Shown here: in pieces, positions 39,405 to 49,211 of the stretch
Position numbering within the stretch: position 1 is the stretch's first letter
How the letters are laid out: each line of letters opens with the position of its first letter
DNA from: an uncultured Candidatus Saccharibacteria bacterium
Lineage (GTDB): Bacteria; Patescibacteriota; Dojkabacteria; SC72
DNA: 64,000 nt
Assembly (NCBI GenBank): GCA_964618765.1
Contig: CAZUDZ010000002.1
Coordinates: forward strand, 66,129-130,128
Reading direction: 5' to 3'
The notes under the pieces: generated by a model
What the model was told of the DNA's origin: nothing
The model's input: only the letters and a program-made list of their open reading frames with translations
The model's database searches: none
Made by a program: the position numbers and the translations under genes

Positions 39405-40271
39405 ATGGAAATTCTTGATGGGAAATATGTCTCTAAAAAAATATTGGATGAGATATCTACTAGGGTAGAAAATATTTCGATGAATGGCGAAAAAGTTCCT
39501 CGTCTTGATTTGATTTTGGTTGGGGATGATTTTGGAAGTGTTCGGTATGTCAAAATTAAAGAAAAAACAGCTAGAGAGTTGGGGATAGCATGTCAAACAC
39601 ACCATCTGGACCAAAGCGTGCATACTAAAGATGTTGTCAACTTAATTGAAACATTAAATACTTTTAATGAGACAGATGGTTTGATGGTTCAATTACCACT
39701 TCCAGACAGTATAGATACAAATCTTGTTTTAGAGAGTATTAACCCACAAAAGGATGTTGATGGTCTGACCTCAGTAAATTTAGGTAGACTTTTTCAGAAA
39801 GATTCAAGAGCTATCCCTCCAGCCACACCATTAGGAATAATGAGACTTCTTGAAGAGTATGGTATTAAAATCTTTGGAAAAAAGGTTATCATATTAGGTT
39901 CTAGTAATATTGTAGGGACACCTTTGGCTGCAATGATGTTAAGAAAGAATGCTACAGTGACAATATGTAATTCTAAAACAGTTAACATTAAGGAGATTGC
40001 AAAGAGTGCTGACATATTAGTTTCTGCTACAGGAGTTCCACTTTTAGTTAATTCTGAGTTTCTAAAGAAGGATGTTGTTGTCGTAGATGTCGGATCAAAC
40101 AGGCATCCTGAAACGGGTCAATTAGTTGGTGATGTTAACTGGGGGGATGTACAGGGGGTTCCTTCTTACATTACTCCAGTTCCTGGGGGAGTTGGTCCAA
40201 TGACTGTTGCTTCTTTAATGTTAAATTTAATGAATTGCTATGAAAAAAATACAGGACAAATTGATAGATGA
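39405..40271 (+). CDS. folD: Bifunctional methylenetetrahydrofolate dehydrogenase/methenyl-THF cyclohydrolase FolD (TGA stop)
   Basis: ILDGKYVSKKI N-terminus; LVQLPLP; GSSNIVGTPLAAMM; PVPGGVGPMTVA; 288 aa. Confidence 0.9.
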   Translation: MEILDGKYVSKKILDEISTRVENISMNGEKVPRLDLILVGDDFGSVRYVKIKEKTARELGIACQTHHLDQSVHTKDVVNLIETLNTFNETDGLMVQLPLPDSIDTNLVLESINPQKDVDGLTSVNLGRLFQKDSRAIPPATPLGIMRLLEEYGIKIFGKKVIILGSSNIVGTPLAAMMLRKNATVTICNSKTVNIKEIAKSADILVSATGVPLLVNSEFLKKDVVVVDVGSNRHPETGQLVGDVNWGDVQGVPSYITPVPGGVGPMTVASLMLNLMNCYEKNTGQIDR

Positions 40272-41490
40272 TCTTTTGCAAGAAGAAAAGAAAAGACAAT
40301 TAGAAGGTTTAGAACTGATTGCTTCTGAAAACTATGTCTCGGAATCAGTCCTGCAATGTATGGGATCTATTCTAACTAACAAGTATTCTGAAGGATATCC
40401 TTCTAAAAGATATTACAAAGGGAACGAGTATGTGGATGAGATAGAAAGAGAGGCAATCCAAAGAGCTAGAGAGCTGTTTAAGGCAGAGCATGTTAATGTT
40501 CAACCATACTCAGGCTCTCCTGCTAATTTGGCTGTCCATTTCGCTCTTTTAGAGCCTGGTGAGAAAACCTTAGGAATGGCTTTAGATGCAGGGGGACACC
40601 TTACGCATGGATTTAAGGTATCCATCTCTGGCAAGTACTTTAACTCTGCTAGTTACGGGGTTAATGATGAGGGATATATTGATTACAATGAGGTTTTAAA
40701 GATTGCAAAGGAACATAACCCTAAGTTAATTTGGGCAGGATTCTCTGCATACTCTCGAATTATTGATTGGAACCAGTTTAGGAGAATAGCAGATGAGGTT
40801 GGTGCATACTTAGTAGCGGATATCGCACATGTAGCTGGATTAATTGCGGCGGGTCTCTATCCATCTCCAGTAGGTATTGCAGATGTCGTTACTACAACAA
40901 CCCACAAGACTCTCAGAGGGCCTAGGGGAGCCATAATTATGTCTACAGATCAGTTAGGTGAGAAAATAGATAAGGCAGTATTTCCAGGCCTTCAGGGAGG
41001 CCCACACAACCATATAACCGCAGCTATAGCTGTAGCTTTAAAGGAGGCAAACACAGAGGAATTTAGAAGATATTCTGAACAGGCAATTAAGAATGCAAAA
41101 GTTCTTTCAGAGGAACTATCTAGATTAGGATACAGTATTGTTTCTGGAGGTACAGACAACCATCTCTTTCTTGTAAATCTGATGAAATCCAAGAATATGG
41201 GAGGAATAGGGGGAGAAGAAGCCTCCTCTGTGTTAGAAGAAGCAAACATTACAGTAAACAAAAATGCTATCCCTAATGATCCAAGAAAACCGTGGGATCC
41301 ATCAGGGATTAGAATTGGTACTCCAGCACTAACTACTAGAGGAATGAAGGAAGCTGAGATGGTGAAGGTTAGTGGATATATAGATACGGTTTTGAGAAAC
41401 AGAGATAACAAGAAGGTAGTTAAAGAAATGAGAGAAGATATTAAAAAGTTTGCATCTAAATTCCCTATACCGGGTATTAAATTAAACTAA
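40240..41490 (+). CDS. glyA: Serine hydroxymethyltransferase GlyA
   Basis: LELIASENY; PLP-lysine region VVTTTTHKTLRGPRGA; 32-nt overlap with folD; 416 aa. Confidence 0.95.
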   Translation: MKKIQDKLIDDLLQEEKKRQLEGLELIASENYVSESVLQCMGSILTNKYSEGYPSKRYYKGNEYVDEIEREAIQRARELFKAEHVNVQPYSGSPANLAVHFALLEPGEKTLGMALDAGGHLTHGFKVSISGKYFNSASYGVNDEGYIDYNEVLKIAKEHNPKLIWAGFSAYSRIIDWNQFRRIADEVGAYLVADIAHVAGLIAAGLYPSPVGIADVVTTTTHKTLRGPRGAIIMSTDQLGEKIDKAVFPGLQGGPHNHITAAIAVALKEANTEEFRRYSEQAIKNAKVLSEELSRLGYSIVSGGTDNHLFLVNLMKSKNMGGIGGEEASSVLEEANITVNKNAIPNDPRKPWDPSGIRIGTPALTTRGMKEAEMVKVSGYIDTVLRNRDNKKVVKEMREDIKKFASKFPIPGIKLN

Positions 41491-41496
41491 TTGAGC

Positions 41497-43092
41497 ATGA
41501 AATTAAGCTTTAGAAAAGATTTACACATCGCAACACTTAAGTCCGAGTCTTCTTGGAACAAGTTCAAGCTTCAAGCACTGTTGCAAAACTGTGAAAGCAA
41601 ACAACCCTCTATCAATGCATACCTTGGAGCAAGGTATAGTAGGTCTGCTGATTCCGTGTTGGATATTGCATCGGAAATAGTAGAGAACAATACTGATGCA
41701 GCAGAAAGGTTAGAAAAGATATTTTCTGGATATGGACACAAGTCTGTGGGAGATATGGCAGAGCTTTTTGTTTGTTTGGAGAATATTCCTATGTATACCG
41801 CTATGAAAGTCTTCTACATGACACCAGTTATCTCAGGACAAGAAAGATCTACAAGGTATCAGAACTTTCAAGATCCTAACTTTGTGAAAATCCCGAAAGA
41901 AGTATGTGATGATTATGAAGTAAGCAGAGAATATGAAAGGATAATGTTAAAAGAGATGAAAGATTACAGAGAGTTGTTAGGGACTACCAAAGATGCTCTT
42001 AAAAAGCATTTTAGGATAAATGAAGAAAGTCCCCAGGAGCTGTCTGCTCTGAAGGCTAGGTCATTTGACGTTGCTAGGTATCTTCTGCCATATGGTCTTA
42101 GTACAAGTGCAGCTTACCTCACCTCTGCAAGGAGTTGGTCAGATTTAATTAGTTTTATGTGTGCTAGTGACACGGTAGTTGAAAATGAGATATCTGAAAT
42201 GCTACTTAATCTACTAGGAGAATCTAAACTGGATGCGAGGGGATATATTAGAGAGGCAGATGGATTAATTAGACATACGGATGCAAACTGTTGTAGAAAA
42301 GCATCCACAGAGAAGATATTGCAGTATTTGAGAGAAGATATCTCTTACGAGCAAATAACTGATATCCCTGAGAATGAGAGTGATGCAGTTGGGATAGCAT
42401 ACTCTCCTGATTGTATGGAATCACTAATCTCTCACTATGAGTATTTAATAAATCCTTTAGGATCTAAAAAGGAATTCGAGTTTTCAGAAGAGGACCAAGA
42501 GAAGCTAGGAGAGATGATCTTTGAAACTCATGATCATCACAATCAGCTAGGAAATATTGGTCAATCTGGCGCTATAAAGATAGAAGGATTCGCAAGTTTA
42601 GGAACATTAAAAGATTTAAATAGGCATAGAAGTATGGAAAGATTCATACCTCTTTTACATGACGAAATAGATATGAACAGCGAATTAGATAGAAGGGATG
42701 ATCAATGTTTCTACCTATGTAACCATCTAGAAATAAATTCGCTCTCCAAGCTTAAGAAAGAGTATATAAAAAGATTAGTGGAAACATATCAACTGATTAG
42801 AGAGTGGAGAAAATTAGCAAAAAACCATCTCTCCAAGGAGGTATGTGATGAATTTACTAAGTATTTACTTCCTCATGCACATGCGACAAAGTATATTTTT
42901 TACGGTTCTTTTGATGATTTACAGTATGTGATTAATTTAAGGACAAGAAATGGTGGGCATATTGCATACAGGGTTCTAGTATATGAATGGTTAAAGAATC
43001 TTAATTACTTGGATCCGATATGGAGACCTCTTTTAAGGAAGATTGTAGAGCCTAAGGTCGATGACAAACATCAGTTTGTAGATAGAAGCTAA
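41497..43092 (+). CDS. thyX: Putative FAD-dependent thymidylate synthase ThyX, tandem-duplicated (two ThyX-like halves with complementary motif loss); start moved to ATG 41497 (the listed ORF begins at a TTG)
   Basis: Half 1: GHKSVGDMAE...FYMTPVISGQERSTRY aligns to the ThyX block GHETPFEH...FRHRIASYNELSGRY, keeping S-x-RY but losing RHR. Half 2: HDHHNQLG...LNRHRSMERF keeps RHR but lacks S-x-RY. Lies between glyA and dcd. Confidence 0.5.
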   Translation: MKLSFRKDLHIATLKSESSWNKFKLQALLQNCESKQPSINAYLGARYSRSADSVLDIASEIVENNTDAAERLEKIFSGYGHKSVGDMAELFVCLENIPMYTAMKVFYMTPVISGQERSTRYQNFQDPNFVKIPKEVCDDYEVSREYERIMLKEMKDYRELLGTTKDALKKHFRINEESPQELSALKARSFDVARYLLPYGLSTSAAYLTSARSWSDLISFMCASDTVVENEISEMLLNLLGESKLDARGYIREADGLIRHTDANCCRKASTEKILQYLREDISYEQITDIPENESDAVGIAYSPDCMESLISHYEYLINPLGSKKEFEFSEEDQEKLGEMIFETHDHHNQLGNIGQSGAIKIEGFASLGTLKDLNRHRSMERFIPLLHDEIDMNSELDRRDDQCFYLCNHLEINSLSKLKKEYIKRLVETYQLIREWRKLAKNHLSKEVCDEFTKYLLPHAHATKYIFYGSFDDLQYVINLRTRNGGHIAYRVLVYEWLKNLNYLDPIWRPLLRKIVEPKVDDKHQFVDRS

Positions 43093-43128
43093 AGAATTAA
43101 AAACAAATTAAATTTAAAAAACTAGATT

Positions 43129-43695
43129 ATGATTCTTTCAGATAGAACAATTAAGGAGAAGGTTAAGAGTGGACAGATAGTTATAGAGCCTTTCTCAGAA
43201 GAGTTTTTACAGCCTGCCTCCTATGATTTACACTTGGATAAATATTTCTTGGTTTTTAATAGAGAGAATGTTGCAATTGTAGATGTCAAAGATAAGCCTA
43301 AGGATTTAATGAGGGAGATAGAAGCTAGTGAGAAGGAGGGATTTATTCTTCATCCTGGTGAGTTTGCGCTTGCTAATGTTAAAGAAATAACTGGAGTAGA
43401 TAGTGGGCATGTCGGAAGACTAGAGGGAAAGAGTTCTCTGGGCAGGCTAGGCTTGATAGTGCATGCAACTGCAGGGTTCTTAGATCCAGGAAATAAGTTA
43501 AGATTAACTCTAGAACTAGCCAATGTTTCTCCACTTCCAATTAGAATCTATCCTGGGATGAAAATAGCACAGATAGCTTTTGAAACACTGGATAGGGAGT
43601 GTAAGAGACCATACGGCAGTAAAGAGCTAAATAGTAAATATACTGGCGATTTGAAAGTAAGAGGAAGTGAGATGTGGAGAAATTTCAAAAAGTAG
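43129..43695 (+). CDS. dcd: dCTP deaminase (Dcd family)
   Basis: MILSDRTIKE N-terminus; VGRLEGKSSLGRLGLIVHATAGFLDPG block characteristic of the dCTP deaminase/dUTPase-like fold; 188 aa. Confidence 0.8.
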   Translation: MILSDRTIKEKVKSGQIVIEPFSEEFLQPASYDLHLDKYFLVFNRENVAIVDVKDKPKDLMREIEASEKEGFILHPGEFALANVKEITGVDSGHVGRLEGKSSLGRLGLIVHATAGFLDPGNKLRLTLELANVSPLPIRIYPGMKIAQIAFETLDRECKRPYGSKELNSKYTGDLKVRGSEMWRNFKK

Positions 43696-43748
43696 TAGAA
43701 GTCTTTAATTAAAAATGATTACCCTTCTAATTCTCTCCTCTTCCAGCT

Positions 43749-45098
43749 CTACATCAGAGGAGGTGCAGGAGGAATATCTTCTGTGTTCCCATCGTCTTGT
43801 TGCTGATTGATGTTTCCTGGGACAGGAGGGTAAGGATTTGGTTCTACCGTAGGAGTACTCCCCATATTTAGATCTGGGAAATTATTTTGCTGATTAGGAG
43901 GTATTATTCCTGGAGCGTCTGTAGGAGGAGAAGTTCTTTGCATTTGACCAATCTCCCTGTCTATACTTCCTTGAGATTCATAATCGGGCTGTACAATCGA
44001 AGGATTATTTCGCATGTATATTTCAGGGTTCTCAGGAGGAGTTTGAGGGGGTTCTTGTGGAATATTTTGTGCTACTGGTGGATTACCCATTTGCTCGGAA
44101 GGAGGCATTGCCCCTGTGTTTAGATTAATACTAGGATTAAATGGTGTATCTTGGATACCTTGTGACTCTGGAGGAGTAGCACCTCCCTCTCTCTTAAGAA
44201 TTTCTTGCAAATCATCCTCTTGTGTCTCTGGAGCAATGTTTGCTACGGGTTCTCTCTGTTGTGGTGGTACTTGAGGAACATTTTGTTCAAAAGGAAATTG
44301 TGAAGGCTGTGGAGGTTGAATGTCTCGATAGGTTCCTGTTTCTACAGGAGCAGATTGTGGGACTTCCTTATTAACCATATTTCTCAACGTTGGTTCCTCT
44401 TTAGAGGCTTCCTGAGGAGAAGATTCTGACTCTTTCGGTTCTTTTGTGGGCTTCTTTTTTGTTAGTAGTATAACAATAATGCTTATTAGTAATATTACTG
44501 AAGCACCTATTAGAATATATGGAAGATATTCTGTAATGTTGTCTAGACTAAAGCCAGATTCAGATGTTGTTGTTATTGCTTGAGTATCTTGAGGAGTTAC
44601 TAGTAAATCATCTTCTACTGGGGTACCCTCCTGTTGTCCTTCTTCTAATGCTACAGCGGTATCCTGCTCGGGGACTCCAATATTAACGACTTCTCCCACG
44701 CTAAGTTCTCCTAGATCTAAAGCCTCATTTTCTAGAAGTTTAAAAGTGTATGATTCCTCAGTAGATGTGAATGAAATAATGGCAAGAACTCCATTGAGAG
44801 CTGTAGGTTTTTCTAACTCACAATTTATTACTGCAATATTGTCATCTTTCCCATCATCAGTAGAGAAAGTAGAACATTCCACATCTCCCTTTGAGATATT
44901 TACCACAGTAACATCACTTGAGAATTCTATGGGAAGGACGATGTTCTCAGCTAGATCAGCTTCTGTGTCTATGTTTATCTTTATTTCTTGTACATCTTGC
45001 TTAGTGTTATCAACCATTTCTATATTTACTGCTGCAAAGGCAGAGAATGGAATTAAAAGCATAAGAAAAGAAACCAAGATGGGATATGTTTTTTTCAT
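43749..45098 (-). CDS. Surface/membrane protein: signal peptide, Ig-like N-terminal region, one TM, long Pro/Gln-rich low-complexity C-terminal region
   Basis: N-terminal hydrophobic signal LVSFLMLLIPFSAFA; TM YILIGASVILLISIIVILLT; C-terminal 230 aa are rich in P/Q/N (PPQPSQFPFEQNVPQVPPQQ...). Confidence 0.5.
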   Translation of the reverse strand: MKKTYPILVSFLMLLIPFSAFAAVNIEMVDNTKQDVQEIKINIDTEADLAENIVLPIEFSSDVTVVNISKGDVECSTFSTDDGKDDNIAVINCELEKPTALNGVLAIISFTSTEESYTFKLLENEALDLGELSVGEVVNIGVPEQDTAVALEEGQQEGTPVEDDLLVTPQDTQAITTTSESGFSLDNITEYLPYILIGASVILLISIIVILLTKKKPTKEPKESESSPQEASKEEPTLRNMVNKEVPQSAPVETGTYRDIQPPQPSQFPFEQNVPQVPPQQREPVANIAPETQEDDLQEILKREGGATPPESQGIQDTPFNPSINLNTGAMPPSEQMGNPPVAQNIPQEPPQTPPENPEIYMRNNPSIVQPDYESQGSIDREIGQMQRTSPPTDAPGIIPPNQQNNFPDLNMGSTPTVEPNPYPPVPGNINQQQDDGNTEDIPPAPPLM

Positions 45099-45229
45099 AA
45101 TTAAGGCAGTTTATATTATCTTCTCTAAGATTATCATGCCAGATTTGCAATATCAATAGTAATTCGAAGTTAAGTTGACTTAATTCTTTTCTAAATATAC
45201 ACTTTAGTACAAAATTAAATCTGTCCACT

Positions 45230-46495
45230 ATGAACTATCCAAATTACAATTCAGCATTGCCAAGTCAAGATATTAATGCTGTTATAGATGAAAACTTAAA
45301 TGAAGTGTTAGAGTTGGAAAAGAAACTTATCTCTTCGAACACCCCTGAAGGACTTAAGGAAGAGGCTATGAGAGGAATCCAGAGGCTTAAGAGAATGTTT
45401 AGGATGGGAGGGTATAGTTCTGAGTTTGAAACGGTTAATAAGTATATTGATTGGGTTACAAGAATTCCTTGGGGAGTAATAAGTAGAGATAATCTGGATA
45501 TTCAGAATACAAGGAAACTAATGGATGAGAGTCATCACGGTATGGATACCATCAAAGAGCTGATCCTTGATTATCTTGCTACTATGCAATTACAATCTAT
45601 GGGAAGCATAGAGAGAGTTAGGAGAGAGAGTATTCCTTCGCAAATTCCTTATGTTAACTCTGTAGCTTCTAGTGGCTATCAACCTAACCCGCTATCTAAT
45701 TCTAGTCAGTTTACAAATTTTGAGCTTAAGAAAGATGAGGCAGCAATACTAAAAAGTTCTTCAGCAAATGCTCCTGTATTCCTGTTTGTTGGACTTCAAG
45801 GTGTAGGTAAAACGTCTATTGCGAAATCTATTGCAAGCTCTATGGGGAGAAAGTTTGCAAGAGTTTCCTTAGGTGCAATAGGTGATGTGAGGACTCTTAG
45901 AGGGACTCCAAGATACTCAGCTGACTCAGAACCAGGTCAAATTATAAAGGCTTTGATAAGATGCGGTACTATGAATCCCGTTATTCTTCTTGATGAGATT
46001 GAGAAATCTAGTGGGGAGAAAGGTTTGTTAAGTGATGTAATGGCTGTTCTCTTAGAGATTTTAGATCCAGAACAGAACTCTAGTTTTGTAGATCATTATA
46101 TAGATTATCCAGTTAACCTCTCACAGGTCTTTTTTATTTGTACTGCAAACAACCTAGGCGGTTTATCTGCTGCACTTTTAGATAGGGTTGAAGTTATTCG
46201 CTTTACAAGTTACTCGGATCAAGAAAAAGAGGTTATTGGTAGAGAGTATATTCTTCCCAAAGTATTGGAGAACTTAAATATATCTCCTGATTATATTAAA
46301 ATAGAGGATGAAGTTTGGCCATTGATCATAAGACCAGTGGGGTTTGATGCAGGGATAAGGCAGTTAGAAAGGAATGTTACAACTATTGTAAGAAGTGCAG
46401 CGAGGATGATAGTAGAGGGAAAGCCCTTGCCAATAATTATTAATAGTGGGAACTTAACCCAATATGTACTTGCAGATCAGGGCCCTCTAAGTTAA
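45230..46495 (+). CDS. Lon-like AAA+ ATPase module without the Lon N-terminal substrate domain and without the C-terminal protease domain
   Basis: YIDWVTRIPWG, Walker A GLQGVGKTS, Walker B ILLDEIEK, LEILDPEQNSSFVDHY, sensor CTAN and AALLDRVEVIRF all align collinearly with the central part of bacterial Lon (from memory of the E. coli LonA sequence); the ORF starts after a 131-nt intergenic region and stops where the protease domain would begin. Confidence 0.75.
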   Translation: MNYPNYNSALPSQDINAVIDENLNEVLELEKKLISSNTPEGLKEEAMRGIQRLKRMFRMGGYSSEFETVNKYIDWVTRIPWGVISRDNLDIQNTRKLMDESHHGMDTIKELILDYLATMQLQSMGSIERVRRESIPSQIPYVNSVASSGYQPNPLSNSSQFTNFELKKDEAAILKSSSANAPVFLFVGLQGVGKTSIAKSIASSMGRKFARVSLGAIGDVRTLRGTPRYSADSEPGQIIKALIRCGTMNPVILLDEIEKSSGEKGLLSDVMAVLLEILDPEQNSSFVDHYIDYPVNLSQVFFICTANNLGGLSAALLDRVEVIRFTSYSDQEKEVIGREYILPKVLENLNISPDYIKIEDEVWPLIIRPVGFDAGIRQLERNVTTIVRSAARMIVEGKPLPIIINSGNLTQYVLADQGPLS

Positions 46496-46507
46496 TCCTA
46501 AGATGTC

Positions 46508-46792
46508 TTAATATCCCTTGAAAGGGTTGATTAATCTTAAAGATGAAACAGCTCTTCTTACTTGAGGGTTTGCTATTCCCTTGCTTATATCAGCCTTATA
46601 TCCTTGTTTCTCTTCTGCCTTACACAGTAGAGAGAGGTCTTCATTAACTTTTTCCTTGTTTAAACTGTTTGTATCTACGGACTCTGTTACAAGATAATCT
46701 GAGATATTTATCTCATTGGTAGGGTAAGCATCTTTCTGTTTGTCTTTAGTATTGTCTTGTTTGTTCATCTTCTTTTGACGGATAGCTTTCAA
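46508..46792 (-). CDS. Small lysine-rich hypothetical protein (possible last gene of the VirB4-like operon); start uncertain
   Basis: Open frame downstream of and overlapping the 3' end of the VirB4-like gene by 47 nt; no recognisable motif. Confidence 0.25.
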   Translation of the reverse strand: MKAIRQKKMNKQDNTKDKQKDAYPTNEINISDYLVTESVDTNSLNKEKVNEDLSLLCKAEEKQGYKADISKGIANPQVRRAVSSLRLINPFKGY

Positions 46793-49211
46793 TTAATCCT
46801 TGTGGGGTTAAGTGTCCCCTTCCTCTTTGTATATCTTCTCTTGATTTTACAGTCTGTCCAGATACTGTTCCCTCCCTTACTTCATCTAATATCGTCCTTT
46901 CTTTCAGAAACTTCTTTGGATTTAGTTCTCTCTCTTGTTGGTTTAATCTTTCCTGTAGTTCCCTTTGATACTCTTCTCTTTCGCTACTTATCGTATTTTT
47001 TTGTCCTTTTGTTCTTTCTATGGCCTCTTTAATAATGAGATCTTGTCTCTCCATCGTTTTCCCGTCTCTCATAGGTTTCTGTTCTGTTGGAGGATCAAAT
47101 ATCTCAGAAAGTTCAGCAACTGTTCTTGTATCTGTTTGACCTTCTCTTTCCTTCATTTTTGCTAGGTCTCTTGGGTCTGAAGTTATTAGTTCGTGTTCTG
47201 CAACGCTAGAGAGTACCTGTATTCCTACATGGTTTGATCCTGCAAAGAATAGTCCTTGGCCTTGATCGCAGTTAAGTAAGAAGTTCTTCTCTCCGTCTGA
47301 GAGGTTGAATACTTCTTGTAATTTCTCTACAGCTGTAGGGCTTTGCATCATTAGCATTTGTATTGAAGAGTTGGAGATTATTGCTTTGCCCATATCTGTG
47401 TTTAAGAAATCTGCTACATCTTGCGTGATGGTAGAAAGTCCTAAATAGTACTTTCTGGCTCTCTTAGCAATAGAGTACATAAAGTTGGCAGAATCCTCTG
47501 ACTGCATCATATACCAAGCTTCATCTACTATTAGTAATCTTCTCTTTTTCTCCTTCCTGATTTTAGTCCAAATGAAATCAAGCATTAGGTACATCGCTAG
47601 AGGTTTTAGCTCCTCTTGTAGATCTCTTACACTGAAAACTGTAAACGGATTGTTTATTTCGAAGTTACTGGCTTCGTTGAATACACCTGCTCCACTTCCG
47701 ATTATGAACTTTTCTAATCTTCTTGCTAGACCATGGGCTTCTGTTTCGGCCATTCCCTTAAGTACTTTGTAAAGATCTTCTAGCATAGGAGGTGTTTTAG
47801 TTTGTGTATTAGGATCAAATGTAATACCTTTCTCTCTATATGTGAGAATTAATGCTCTATCTAGTATAGAGTTCTCTATGTTTGTCAGTTTACCTAACAT
47901 AACCTTAAAGAATCCTTGAAGAGCCAGTAGCTTCATTCTTAATTCGTCATCGCCCTCTTCTGTTACACCAGAAAGTTCGAATGGATTCATCTTGTTTCCT
48001 TTGTCCTGTGAGAACGATATGTATGCACCATTAACGGCATTAGCGAGGTCTTCGTATTCTCTCTCTGGATCTATTATTAATATCTCTGTTCCAAGCATTA
48101 AGCTTCTTACGGCTTCAAGTTTTACAAAGTAGCTCTTTCCAGCACCTGATTTAGCAAATATCACGGCATTTGCATTTTCCAGTTCAAATCTGTCAAAGAT
48201 TACAAGACTTCTATTATGTAAATTAAGCCCATACATTATCCCATGATCCATTGTTAACTCAGAGGTTACAAATGGAAAGGTTGTAGCAAGAGAGGTAGTA
48301 TCCATGTTTCTTGTTATGTACAGATTGTCCAGTCCTAAAGGTTGTGAACTTACAAAGCCTTGTTCCTGTTGAAGCGTTGCAGGCTTCGCAGTTACATTAA
48401 TAGCGGCAAGTGTTGAGGTTACATTTCTAGAGATCTTCTCTAGAGCTTCTTGGTCTTTTGCGTAGAGTGTGATGTACATAGAAAAATGAAAAAACTTTTC
48501 TGTTCCTTCCGCGATAGAGTCTTGGAGTTGTTGAGCGTCTGAGAGTGCTACCTTTAAAGAAGGGTCTACTACTTTTCTTTCTTCCATCTGGGAGTAGAGG
48601 GATGCTTCCATTTCTCCTATCTTTTTCTTTAACTTCTCTAGAATGGTTTTGTTGTCTACGGGATAATAGAAGGAGCTAATTCTGAGAGAATGTTCAAAGT
48701 TTATTATTGGAGAAAGCCAGTTTGGCCCTACGAATCTTGGATATCCACTTACAAAAAGAGTTTTAAAGAAGTAAGATCCCATTTGGATATTATTGAAGTC
48801 TACCTCTAGATCTATTGGTGCGATGATGTCCTGAATGGACATATCTGGTGGTATTAGGTCATGGGTTTGCTCTCTCTCTGTATCAGTATCTAAAACAACC
48901 TCTTCTTCCTTTTGTTCCTTTTTTGCTTTCTTCTCCTTCTTCTTTCCAACAAGCCCAGCTATCTTATCAAGGGTTTTTATTATGAAGTTCTTTTTTTTCT
49001 TTTTATTTTCTGTAGACTCGGGGTCATTGTATCTATTAAATTTTTCTTTTTCATTGTTTTTCTCCTCTGCCTCTTTTTTAATATTAAGAACTTCCTGTTG
49101 AAGATCGGTGTATTTCTCTCCAGGAGTTTTTAGTTTCTCTTGTTGTTTTGTTAACATCTCCGATGTCTTTGTTTGAAAACTTCGATTGTAGTTGTTATTT
49201 GTTTCGTCCAT
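46746..49211 (-). CDS. VirB4/TrbE/PrgJ-like type IV secretion ATPase with Lys/Glu-rich N-terminal extension
   Basis: Walker A IFAKSGAGKSYF followed by IIDPEREY; Walker B LLIVDEAWYM (DEAW); N-terminal domain FFKTLFVSGYPRFVGPNWLSPIIN resembles the VirB4 N-domain; the start is TAATG-coupled to the upstream gene stop. Confidence 0.6.
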   Translation of the reverse strand: MDETNNNYNRSFQTKTSEMLTKQQEKLKTPGEKYTDLQQEVLNIKKEAEEKNNEKEKFNRYNDPESTENKKKKKNFIIKTLDKIAGLVGKKKEKKAKKEQKEEEVVLDTDTEREQTHDLIPPDMSIQDIIAPIDLEVDFNNIQMGSYFFKTLFVSGYPRFVGPNWLSPIINFEHSLRISSFYYPVDNKTILEKLKKKIGEMEASLYSQMEERKVVDPSLKVALSDAQQLQDSIAEGTEKFFHFSMYITLYAKDQEALEKISRNVTSTLAAINVTAKPATLQQEQGFVSSQPLGLDNLYITRNMDTTSLATTFPFVTSELTMDHGIMYGLNLHNRSLVIFDRFELENANAVIFAKSGAGKSYFVKLEAVRSLMLGTEILIIDPEREYEDLANAVNGAYISFSQDKGNKMNPFELSGVTEEGDDELRMKLLALQGFFKVMLGKLTNIENSILDRALILTYREKGITFDPNTQTKTPPMLEDLYKVLKGMAETEAHGLARRLEKFIIGSGAGVFNEASNFEINNPFTVFSVRDLQEELKPLAMYLMLDFIWTKIRKEKKRRLLIVDEAWYMMQSEDSANFMYSIAKRARKYYLGLSTITQDVADFLNTDMGKAIISNSSIQMLMMQSPTAVEKLQEVFNLSDGEKNFLLNCDQGQGLFFAGSNHVGIQVLSSVAEHELITSDPRDLAKMKEREGQTDTRTVAELSEIFDPPTEQKPMRDGKTMERQDLIIKEAIERTKGQKNTISSEREEYQRELQERLNQQERELNPKKFLKERTILDEVREGTVSGQTVKSREDIQRGRGHLTPQGLIESYPSKEDEQTRQY

